From: Takakia lepidozioides
Lineage: Eukaryota; Plantae; Bryophyta
Length of the DNA: 64,000 bases
Assembly (NCBI GenBank): GCA_030704615.1
Contig: CM060733.1
Location: 44,330,001 to 44,394,000, forward strand
Direction: 5' to 3'
Part shown: positions 49,352-60,200 of the stretch, in pieces
How positions within the stretch are numbered: the stretch's first letter is position 1
How the letters are laid out: every line of letters starts with the position of its first letter
Translations under genes and position numbers: made by a program
Notes under the pieces: model-generated
Told to the model about the DNA's origin: nothing
Databases searched by the model: none
What the model saw: the letters and a program-made list of their open reading frames with translations, nothing else

Positions 49352-50283
49352 GATAATCCAGGTCAAGCAATTGAGATCCATTGCTTGCCCCAACACTTGA
49401 CGACGTGATGCCTCAGAAAGAGACGACACCGCGTGGTACCAGTGGTAAAACCATTGCCCGCTCACGCTCGTCAGCATTAGGCTCCACTAACTGCTGCAAC
49501 TGAGCATCCCACAGGAGGCCAGGTCCACTATCCGGAAAGCATGCGATCCTGGGAAGCTGAGCAGTGTAGGTAATGCTGCTCGTGGTTGACCCACCTTGTT
49601 GACCACTGCCAAAGGCGAACGGTCATCGTGTCTCACACGCTGAGACTGCCTCCCTGTGTCCAGAATTATCCACTGTGAGATGTGCTGGCCGCTGCACCCC
49701 ATCAAATGCACGCTTGAGCAGTGCGGGTGGCATCAAGTTAGTCCACCATAGCCGTGGACGATGAGCCCGTGACCCCACTGTAGCTGCATCTAGCAACACT
49801 GCTGACCCAAGCCACGACCGGACTTGATGCACACTGGCCATCACCCTGGCCCGAGAATCGCCCATCAGTGGCACATTCTCCAAGATGTATGCTGGAGATA
49901 CAGCTTGATGAAGCTGCAAGTGGCGCAAAACCCGCACCATCTCCCAAAACAGACCCGACCTCGAGTCTCGCAATCCATTGCCATGCCCGGCTGATGAATG
50001 CCCTTGGCAGGGCCAACCTGCCACTACCAGATCAATGGAGCCAACCCGCTCCAAATCTGCCCCCAGCAACGAAATGTCTGCTGGCAAGGCCTGCTGATAT
50101 CCACGAATTGCAGACACCGACAACAACTCAGGGTACCGCTGCACCAACTGAGCAACATGGCGAAGTGAAACGCGTCGTGCAGTCTCATCCCTCTCCACAT
50201 ACAGGTAACGCCGAACTCGTACACCTGCTGTAACACAGCAGCCAATCCGTGCTGATCCCGCCAAACAAGTCCAGAAGACAAAT
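49352..50283 (-). CDS. Cytosine-5 DNA methyltransferase domain embedded in the pol region
   Basis: Motif I LLDLFGGIS, motif II YVERD, motif IV AGWPCQGHS (catalytic PC), GLRDSRSGLF, motif VI ILENV, motif VIII AHRPRLWWTN, motif IX-like EPNADERERAM and motif X LGQAMD, all in canonical order. Confidence 0.92.
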
Positions 50284-50759
50284 GCCTTCATCCGGATACT
50301 GCCACACAATAGGTGTGGTGTCCAATGGAGACAATTGAGGTGGTCCTGGTGCAATCCCCACACTCTCCTCCTCTCCTGACGGTACAAAAGCCTCCACCCA
50401 GGCTTGTTGCACCCGTCGATCAGCATCCCGCTGCAAATCCTTGCTCGTGCCCCACAATGGAGTCTGAGCAACCATGGTAGGCAACTCCGCCATACCATAC
50501 ATGTCATGCTCTCCGGAGGTGGTACATCCTCTGAATGAGCATTGCCCTCAAGCAACTCTCTAGGCCAACTCACTGCCGCTGTGAATGCTGCTAGTGTCGG
50601 CATCTTGCCTCGCTGGGCAACCGCAACTCCTCCTATGAACGTCACAGGGAGCTGCACACGCCGGCCCTCCCCTGACTGCCATGCAGGCCTATAGGAAGCT
50701 GACTCCTCCCAAAAATCCAGGGTGAAGCCCATGGGGTACAACACTGCCCCACCAACCAG

Positions 50760-53195
50760 GACATCGTATGAGACGCGTCTGTCACAATGGCCTTGGCTCG
50801 CATCACTGAGCCATCTGTAGGGTGATCCGGCCGTAGTCTGATAGCCAACTCACGCCGTGTCATGCCCCGAGCCTGCTCCGATCCTCCCAGAGACGTCTGT
50901 ATCTGGAAAGGACAAGGCTCCATATCCGCCTCCGTGAGGCCCAAGCCTGCAATAGCAGCTCTGCCCAGCATCAATGGCTGAGCTCCCGAGTCCAACAAGA
51001 CCCGCAGTGGCCGGTACCTCTTGCCTGCCGGTCCACTCAAACAGAAAATGCCATCCTGGTTGTCTAACATGACAACTCCAGGTGTCACCATGGCGCGCTC
51101 AATGGCTGGCCTAGCTGGCAGCTCCATCAACCTGGCAGCTGCAGCTTGCCATGGCGCCGCCGTGGCAGTCTTGACCCTCAAATCCGAGGATCCCTCCGGC
51201 ACTACACCTCCCACTATCTCCGCAGAAGATGAAGTAACCTCCCCACTCTCACAGAGTGTAGCTGCCAGCCTGAACACCTCAGCTGGTCTTACCCCCGGCG
51301 TCGCAATCATGGTAGCCGAGAACAATGGAGCCTGGCACACAGATGTGGCCGCTCCTAGCAGCACACTAGCTGCCGTAGCCTTGGCAACACTAGGTAGTGG
51401 TGCTACCCGTGTAGCTCTCCCCAATGGCATAGTAACCTCCGCCTCGGTAACAGTCGGGCGAGAACTAGGTGCCATGGATGGCGTCGACACTGTCTCCGCC
51501 AATGTGAATGACTGAGGAAGCCTAGCCTGACGGCTTGCCTCCCCACGCTGTGGATCCAACTCCACCTCTGCACCTCGTGGCTCAGGAACTCGTGCTGCTC
51601 CTCGAGTCACGGCTGCAGCAGACTCCACCTGCACTAGTGGTAGTGCTGCTCCACACATGAATCCCATGCCTCCCATATCTCCTCCCTCAGGAGCAGGAGG
51701 TGGACCATCCGGCCTTAGAGCCGGTACCACCTGAGCTGTAGCCATGGCAGCGAGCCTCTGCTCTAGCTGCTGAAGCCGGTTGGCCATGCCTTGGTCAACA
51801 CCTGACCTCCGCGTCCTTGGCCATGTTGAGCTTGCCCTTGGCCTGCACCTCGTGGCTGGCCACCTCGTCCTCTCTGGGCTGCCACCTCGCCCCCGGCCAC
51901 CATTGTTCCCTTGGAACTGGCCTGGGCGCAACTCAGGATGCAAACCATAACACTGGGCCTCTCCATGCCCGTGCTTGCCACAATGCCCACACTGCAACTG
52001 TGCAGGCTGTGCATGTGCCGCCCTTTGCCTCCCTCTGGGCAATCCTTCTTGACATGGGGTCCTCCACATGTCCAGCACACCACATCCGCCCGTTGTTGGC
52101 CAGCAAATGAAGGGAGAGACCCCTGCATCTGAGGTCCTCTCTGCCCTTCCCTGAGCTTCACCTGAGCCCCCTTGTTGCCTTGAGCACGTTGAGGTAGTGG
52201 TTGGCTAGGAGCACCACTACCCCGTGGTGTCTCCTTAGCAAATCCCACCATGACCACTCGTTCCTCCACCATGTTGAGCTCTATCCGCTCTGCCAGCAAA
52301 AACACATTTGCTAAGGTGGGTTGGGCCGCTTGTAGGAGAGTTGCATCCCGCACCCTTCTCCTCAGCTCCTTGTCCAATATCCCATACCAGAATTGGACTG
52401 CCTGAGCTTCCGTAACCCCTTGGGTTACATTTATCAAGCGCCTCATGCGAGTGAAAGCCTCCCTCAAGCTCTCGGTCGGCTTCCGTTGGAACTCTTGCAA
52501 GCTCCGCAACTTCTCTGTCCTCACCCCTTGGTAGTTCCCTCTCAACTCTTCGAAGAACTCCACAACAGGGTTGAAGGCAGGCACGGGTGCTAGTGCTGGT
52601 GCGGTAGTGGCTTGGGTGGACGTCGTAGCTACTGTACCACAGTCCCACTGCTACTTGCTGAAGCTGCCGGTGCAGCGGCAGGTGTAGCCACTGCCCTCGT
52701 GGCTCTAGTGCCCCTAGTGATGGAGACATAGTCGGGTGACCAGTACATCCTCCACTCCTCGATCTCAACCTCATGCCCCGCCTGAACTCATGGTAATCAT
52801 CCATAGGCGGCCCCTCAAGGTGCTGAAACAGCCCTTCCATGCCATGAAAGGCGTAAATAGTTGTGGATTGCGCATTTGCTGCAAATCACACCAACTATCA
52901 AACTCTTGGATAAAATCATCCAACTCGATGGTGCCCACCGCCCCAGAGTACCTTCGTGGCCCCTTGGTAGCTCCATACATCTCCTCCATTGTGTCCCACA
53001 ACAATGGCAAAGAAACAACTTGCACCGCCGGTATGAGTCCTCCTGATTCACAATCCGAATCAGAACCTTCCGTAGAAGACACAGGAGGTGAAGGTGGCCT
53101 AAACCGCACACCTGTCTCGTGTACCCACTAGTATCGCTAGTGCTCGAACCGGCACTGTCCCCAGCAACTAGTGGCACCTCCGTGTTGACACTCAA
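50760..53195 (-). CDS. Gag (two zinc knuckles) and aspartic protease
   Basis: Gag-like VVEFFEELRGNYQGVRTEKLRSLQEFQRKPTESLREA, knuckles CWTCGGPHVKKDC and CGHCGKHGHGEAQC, and protease VLLDSGA (~50980-51000). Frameshifted. Confidence 0.88.
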
Positions 53196-53859
53196 CCGGT
53201 CATGAACATGTCCCTAACCCCCTCTCCACAAGGTAACCGGGTAGAGAACCTGTTGCGGCTTATGGTTTGGAATACTAAGTTTAACATAGCCTACACCTGT
53301 ACCTGCATCCACCGCAAGCACTCCTATGGTTGGCTGGTCATCACCTCCAACCTCACCACATGAGAAACAATGATGGTCTGGCTGGTCATCACCCCAGCCT
53401 CACCATCGACAGCATGCTCTAGGACTGGCCGGTGATCAAATCCGGACCAATCACCTATAAAAACAAGCGCCCACACAAAACTAGCATGGCGCACAGTCAA
53501 GCATGCAGGTATGGAGGGGATCCAAACACAAGAAATCAGAACGACAACTCCCCCACACCAAAAACAACTCCACGGTGTTGCTCCTGCAAGGACACCCCAG
53601 CCCAAACCCGGACTGACTCTTGCCTCCACCTACGGAAAGGTCTTGGCCTAATGAGAGGGTGGAAAACTACGAGGAAGAGAAGCTAAAGCAATGCCTAACC
53701 CCAGCATGCCCTCATCCCAACACTCTTCCTCTCCTCTCTTCCCTCACTTGCATGACCATGGGATATCATGAAGATACTCCTCAACCGCCCTCCACGAGCT
53801 TCAAAATTCGGCCTTCCAGACCACATGCCAGTCCTTAGGCAGTCCACCAGTGCCTCCAC

Positions 53860-54450
53860 GAGTCAGCACAGGTCCACAGGTCAACACGGGCCACCACAGA
53901 CCAGCACAGGCCCACACAGCTCACTGGTCACAGCCGTCACAGTCCCACAGGCCACTGGGCCACAGCCCCTCATAGCCCGTCACAGGCCACAGCCTGTGAC
54001 AGCCCGTCACAGCCCCACAGCACACACAAGCCCGTCACCACCTGTCCGTCACCACAGCTGTTCACAGCCCCACAGCCTCAGGCACGGGCCCACAGCCCGT
54101 CACAGCCCAAAGGCCTCAGGCACGGCCTGTCACAGCCCCTCACAGCCCCACAGGCCACGGCACCTGTCCCACAGGCCAACATGTCACAGGCCACAGCCTG
54201 TCACAGCCCGTCACAGCCCCACAGGCCACAGGCACATCACAGCCCCGCACAGCCGTCACAGCCCCACAGGCCACAGCCTGTCATAGCCCCTCACAGCCCA
54301 AGCCACGGGCACAGCCCAGCCCCTCACAGCCCGTTCAGGCACGGCCTGACACAGCCCGCCCGTCACAGCCCCAAAGGCCTCAGGCACGGCCTGTCACAGC
54401 CCCTCACAGCCCCTCACAGCCCCAAAGGCCTCCGTCACAGCCCTCACATG
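53860..54450 (+). repeat. Degenerate minisatellite (cacagccc / gtcacagccc units) in the retrotransposon 5' leader
   Basis: Dozens of cacagcc and cacaggcc units visible directly in the sequence. Confidence 0.9.
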
Positions 54451-55960
54451 GCCGCTCTGGCAGTTTAGCCATTTCTCCAAGGGGTTTAGCCACGCCAAGC
54501 TAGGGTTTGTGTCTCTTGGACTCTAGGCTTCTTTCCACCGAGCTATGGCGGCTGTGAAGAAATCAGCAAGGTATTCTTGCTCTTTCGGCTCCCACACACC
54601 ACCATAGTAGCCCTAAGCCATGAGGTGGTTGCCACAAACCAAGCCTTCTTTCTCACTTAGCCTCCCCAAACACGCCACTAAACTCAATGGCAAACAACCA
54701 AGCCCTGCTGGTTCCCAGCCCTTGTGAGCACTCATTCAAGCACTCTCCTTGGCCATAGCATCTGTTTTAGAGCCTATTCCAGCCCCCTACACCTGCTGCT
54801 TCAAGAGTTGCGCTCCCTTCAAGCTTGAAGTTGAAACCCCAACTCACATAGGCCCTACAAGTGCTTTTCTTTCACTCCAAGTGGAAACCAGCCCTAGACC
54901 TTCCGTTCTAGCTCTCTAAAGCTTGAAAACAAGAGCCTCAATGGGCTGAAGGCATGCTCCACACATGCCCCACACTCTCACCATAAGAGAATCAGCTCAT
55001 TTGCTTCATTTCTTGCACCCACAAACCTGAAAATACAAGCTTCAGCAGGCTGAAAGCATGCTCACATGCCCTATAGGGAAACCAGCCCCTTCCTTCCTTT
55101 CTTGCACTCCCACACCTGAAAGTGCAAGCCTTCACCAGGCTGATAGCATTCTCCACACATGCATTGCCCTCACATAATGGAAATCAGCCCTTCCCTCTTC
55201 CTTGCTTGCCCTCCAAGCTTGAAGATGGAAGCTTCAATGAGCTGAATACATGCTCCACACATGCAACCTCTTCACACAAGAGATATCAGCCCCCTATCTT
55301 GGCTCCTTGGCTCCTTGATGCTCTCTAAGACAAGACTAAGCACTCCACAGCCTTTGCCAACTCCTGAAACCCTAAGGCTTACATTTCCAGCCACAAGACA
55401 CTTCTTGTGGTGCAAGAGCTCTTCTTCCAAGCTCTGAAACCCTAGGTGCACATTCCATGGCCTTGCCGCACCTCTTAGCTCCTGTTCCAGCCCTGCTCTT
55501 GCCATGACAAGAGCCCTCTCAATGCTGAAGCTCGAGATTGAAACCCAATCTCACCATACTCCACAAAGTGCACTGATTTGCCCCAAGCCAAATCAGCCCT
55601 TTCGCTTGGTCTTGCAATCCTTCACACAATGAAAGCTCGCATTCCCAAGTCCAGTTCTCAGCTTTGCCACCAAAGCCACTATAACCTGCTCTTGACTGGT
55701 CCTCTTCCCAATCGTGCTTGCTCATGCATGTACACAATCTGAAACCATCAAGGTGCTCTGGAATTACCTGCAGCATGGTGCTTTCATCTCTGAAGCTGAA
55801 GATCGAATGCCAAGGTCTACCACCTCGTAACCCACATCGCCTCCGCTTCTAACAACCAAGAGCTCCACGGTGCTCCTTGCATAACAACTTGGTTTCTCTC
55901 ATTCTTAAGCAAAAACCACAAGTGCTACAACTAACTCGTATCTGGCACTCACAGATACGA

Positions 55961-55976
55961 GCTCATCTTTCTCGAG
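55961..55976 (-). promoter_or_regulatory. Primer-binding site complementary to the element's own LTR (self-priming type)
   Basis: Element-strand (A)CTCGAGAAAGATGAGC abuts the 5' repeat, lacks the TGG start expected for tRNA priming, and is the exact 17-nt reverse complement of an LTR segment (plus-strand 56141-56157). Confidence 0.8.
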
Positions 55977-56303
55977 TGATAAAGAAGAAGAATACAAGCA
56001 CAAGCTCATGCGAGCTCACAAAGCTGAAGCATAAACTCATGCATATATAACCTCATCACTCAAATACAAGTCAAGCCAAGTGCACCCCACGCCATGGGGA
56101 ATCCACACTACGGCGCCATAGCTAGGCGCGGTGAGGCTCAACTCGAGAAAGATGAGCCTCCCGCGCTCGCCGTGAAGATAACCACTCCAGGGCCTAAATC
56201 TGCCTTGACCCCTGGATTGACACTTGGGCCAATCCCAAATGTCAATATGTAAAAGCTAGCTATTTCCTAGCTAGTTTCACACTAGTGGTAAAATAACTTG
56301 ACA
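55977..56303 (-). repeat. 5' terminal repeat B (327 bp)
   Basis: Starts TGTCAAGTTA and ends TTTATCA. Matches 45157-45483 except for one substitution seen (ccgcgctCgc vs ccgcgctTgc). Confidence 0.95.
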
Positions 56304-57256
56304 GGGGATTTCTTCCTGTAATACCGATCCAATAGCTTAAAACTTCTCTTTCTTATACTACACTCTCCTCAATGAAGCGATAATGATTGTCAATATGTTT
56401 TGTGTGAGTACAATGAACTAGATCTTTTTTTGGTGTATATGGCTTTGATGTCAATGAACAATGGAGTGACCCATGGGTGTAACTTAGGGAAAGCCAATTT
56501 CGTAGCCAAATTACATGTTAACTCAATGTTGCCTGTAACAATGTCTCAGCCTCTACGATCGATTAAACAATTATCAACAACTGTCCGTTGCTTGCTACTA
56601 GTAATTATCGCACATTCTCGAGGTGGATCGTTGGTCATCCCGTTCGTCTGCCCAGTTTGCATCAATATGTATATCATTGTATTTAATTCACATAACACAC
56701 CGGAGCCTAGATGCCTTGAAAGTGCTGCAAAAGGAAGTCAACATGGAAACATACGTTGTGGAGGATTGTATTCCAAACATCCCTCTGGGCTGTCCGGTAA
56801 ATTGCAGTTGGTTTTTGGCAGTGCACAGAAGCAACTCTTTAAACTTCAACGAAAGTGTCATGACATCCTTGACATGCCCCTCTTTGAGCTAGAGGAGCTG
56901 GAGAAATGTGCTGGGCCGTAACACGCTTTAGCAAGTTAGAGGTGTCCTAAATTGGGGAGTGGTTTGCTCTTGCAGGTGGAATTGCACGTACAGTGCTTTA
57001 TGGGCAAGTTTTGGGCAACAATATAGAATGAAAGATGAACTTGCGTGATGCCATCAAAATCAAGTGTACTCTATAGATAGTTGTATACTTGATCACTATC
57101 TAAAGTCTGGGGTTGGTCACAAACTGACTCAATCAAGGTTGCATAAAATGACTCTCTAGGGACTAAACACATCGGCATCACGTCATGACTGCACGTCTTT
57201 GCATCATTTTACGTCATTATTCTTTGAATATTTTGGAATATTCATGTCATGTTACG

Positions 57257-60200
57257 TGTCAAGTTAAATAAACACAGTGTGAAACTAACTAGAATAAAGC
57301 TAGTTATTTGTATTTAACACTTGGATTTAGTTCAAGTGTTAAGTCAGGTGTCAAGTTTAGCTTGACACCTGAACCATCTTATCTTCACGAGAGCGTCAGT
57401 CGTGCGGCTCATCTCTCTCAAGTTGAGCCTGCACGACCGAGCTCCTTCACTGCTTAGAATCTTAGTGTGCTTATGAAGGGAGAATAGGATGTTGTGGGGT
57501 GGAGTCCCCATAGCTTGGGGTGCCCCTGGCTCGACTCTTAGTTTAACGAGTGATGGTGTTGTATTTCATGTCCTTGTGTCAACAGTGTGACTCTAGTTTC
57601 CAATCACTCGAGAGAGATGAGCTGTCTAGTTTTGGTAGTGCTAAGCTAGATAGATTTATTTTATGTTAGCACTATGTCGATGATATTTGAAGTAGGGAAA
57701 GCACAACTCGTAATGAGTGGTTAAGATAGAAGTCATTGTTGCTCGTTTCGTTTGTAGTCCGGTACGATGTTGTGCACGGGAGGCACGCAGGATGCCAAAT
57801 AAGAGGCGAGATGGAGGCTTGGACAGCCTCGTAGGCTCTGTATATACAAAGAAGGAGCTGCAGTTGTGCGGACAAATCAACTCGTAGTTGTTGACGGTAA
57901 ACTTCTTTTCTTGGGTAAGACTTGTTCTGTTTTGCCCGAGGCTTTGGACCTCGAGGTGGATTGTGGAGCATAATGATCGTGGAGTACACATGTTGAAGGC
58001 AGTCCCCATTATGAGAAGAGAGGGGGGGCTGTAGCGAAAACCGTGTGAAGTCTTTCTCTGATAACTACTTGCGAAGCATAGGGCGGGCATAGCTGGGAAC
58101 AGCGTCCAAATTGCACATATAAGTAAGCTGAGAGCTGGAGAACGGCGAGAGGTAGCTCGGAGGCTGGAGCCATGTTAAAAATGCTGAGCAGTTCGAGCAT
58201 TTGCACAATAATAAAGTACCGTGCAGAGAGGAAAGCATCAGGGCGTGACGCTTGGGGGACAGGCCCGTGATCAGACTTGTAGTTAGCTTGACATACACTT
58301 AGGGAGTGTGATGCCGTTGGCGCACTCGTGGACATCCTGTGTTTCGCAGACAATCAGCTACTGCATAAGGCAACTTCGACAAGCAGTAGGGCCTTGGTAG
58401 AGTCCAAATGGAAGCTTCTTCAGCGTTGGCGTGCCTACAAACAGTGGGCGATTTGTGCAAAACCTCGAGCTGGGGAACGTCAAGCAAATGCAGGATCCGT
58501 GAGTGGGGCAAAGGTGTCGGTGTGTGTGCCGTGTGATGAGCCATATTCGACCAGTTGAGCAGACGGGGGGCCACATGGCATGGAGCTGTGTGTTCTGGCT
58601 TATATTTCTCTCTACCATGTTCATACATGCGTTGCTGAGTTGAGACAGTGCCCTGTGAGAACTCCAGGGACGCAGCTTGAGCGTGCAAGCGGATGGGTAG
58701 CCGGCTGTGAATGATCATTGAAAGGTAAAGAAACAACAAGAGCAGACTATGGAAAGATAGCTTAAATGAAGCTTTGAAAGGAGGTTGAACTTGCTGAGCA
58801 GGTAGAGGAAAGAGGGGTACCATGGCAGCTGCACATCAGCGCGACGAGTAGGAGCTCGCGCCATGGCGCCTGCCTTAGCTAGCAAGTAAGCAAGGATCAG
58901 AGGGCAGATCTGCCACACCACCAGGCACCTTGCAGAGTGGTCGAGGCACTCATACTTCCGTGCACTGCAGCAGGGTTTCCACATAGTCGACGGGCTTGAA
59001 GAAAGGTTCCAGCTGGGGATCACTCAATTTGGACATTGATAAGTTGGTGTGCGGGGCAGGCTTTGCAGGAACTTGCTTGCCAGCTTTACTTCAATGAAAA
59101 TTGTGAGGGTGCCAAGGTGAGGTGTTGCTAAGGGGAAATGAGCTCCACGACCTCCATCGTCAAAACGGTTTGTGGTAGAAGACGGTTGGGATTCCAAAGC
59201 ATGGTGAGCTGTTGAACTCAAATGAAATGGAGGGGAACGGCAGGCACGTGGCCAGGGAACCTAGGAAACCATATAGAACTTAGGGAACCGGGGGACAGTT
59301 ACCAGATATTTTGGGTGTAACTTTGAATTTTAAATTTGAAAACCAAAAAAAAAAAAAAAAACCCTTTTGATCTAATTTAAATGATTTAGAGCCTAATTGG
59401 TCATATCTTTGTCAAATGGACTCCGTTTGACTCAGTTTTTGGGGGGATAGCTGTAGAAAGGGGAAATCTACCTATCTAAACTTTTTGGACTCTGCTAAAA
59501 ATCTATGGAATTTTTTGAGTGTGAGTGTGAGTGTGCTATGAAAGATCCACAATTCTGTTTCTAGAACCTGTTGTGGTCTATATGAGAGACAAATATGTGG
59601 ATGTCCTCCTTGTATGGCTGGGGGAAATGAGGACGTAATTGAAGGGCAGGTCTCTTCTCCTACCTGTGCACACAAGGGGACAAGATTTGTTTCTCAAGGA
59701 ACTCAGACTGATTTGAGTGGAGAGCAGTTGGACGAGTTTTGATTGCATACTGGGAGTCGACATTAGCAATAGACAACAAACTGTTGTAGTTGGCGTTGGG
59801 GCCTCAATATTACCTTGGGACAGGTCAAAACTCTGTTGGAGCAGCAGTTCTGCAGCTGTAGCTAAATCCAAAGTGGGTGAAAGCTAGGCTTGGAACACAG
59901 CCAAGACAGCCCCGGGACCAAGGTGTTCATCCACAAGGTCGTGGTGTACTGGAGCAAGGAGCATGAGCTGCACAAGTTTTGCAATCAACGTGGTTGCAGC
60001 CGAACACGTTCTACAACGAGGCACCACAACGGGGGGTTCTTAGACAAACACTTGTTCTGCTGAAGTAGATGCAGTCATATCGCAACGAGGACACCCGCAC
60101 CGCTCAAAGCTTCGAGTTGAGAACTGTCAGACCCTACATTTATTTTCTTTAGTATTCAGTGAGCGGGAGATAGGGGAGTATTGTTTTGTCTCTAACCTGG

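Larger units (their letters stand above)
44971..56303 (-). mobile_element. Complete Ty3/Gypsy-type LTR retrotransposon carrying a C5 DNA methyltransferase and a PHD finger, with split terminal repeats
   Basis: Termini are 5'-TGTC...GACA-3' flanked by GGGG on both sides. Domain order is gag, PR, DNMT, RT, RH, INT, PHD. Repeats B at 56303-55977 and 45483-45157; repeats A at 45667-45486 and 45156-44971. Confidence 0.93.

Noticed and set aside
49352-50283. Bacterial restriction-modification gene or contamination
   Set aside because: The domain is embedded in the pol region of two elements and flanked by intron-containing plant genes.
53768-54468. His/Ser/Pro-rich ORFs
   Set aside because: They are translations of the cacagccc minisatellite.
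44971-56303. DIRS/Ngaro tyrosine-recombinase element, suggested by the split repeats and a methyltransferase
   Set aside because: The element encodes an aspartic protease and an HHCC-DDE integrase, no recombinase motif was seen, and the methyltransferase is C5-type (PC, ENV) rather than the adenine type found in DIRS.
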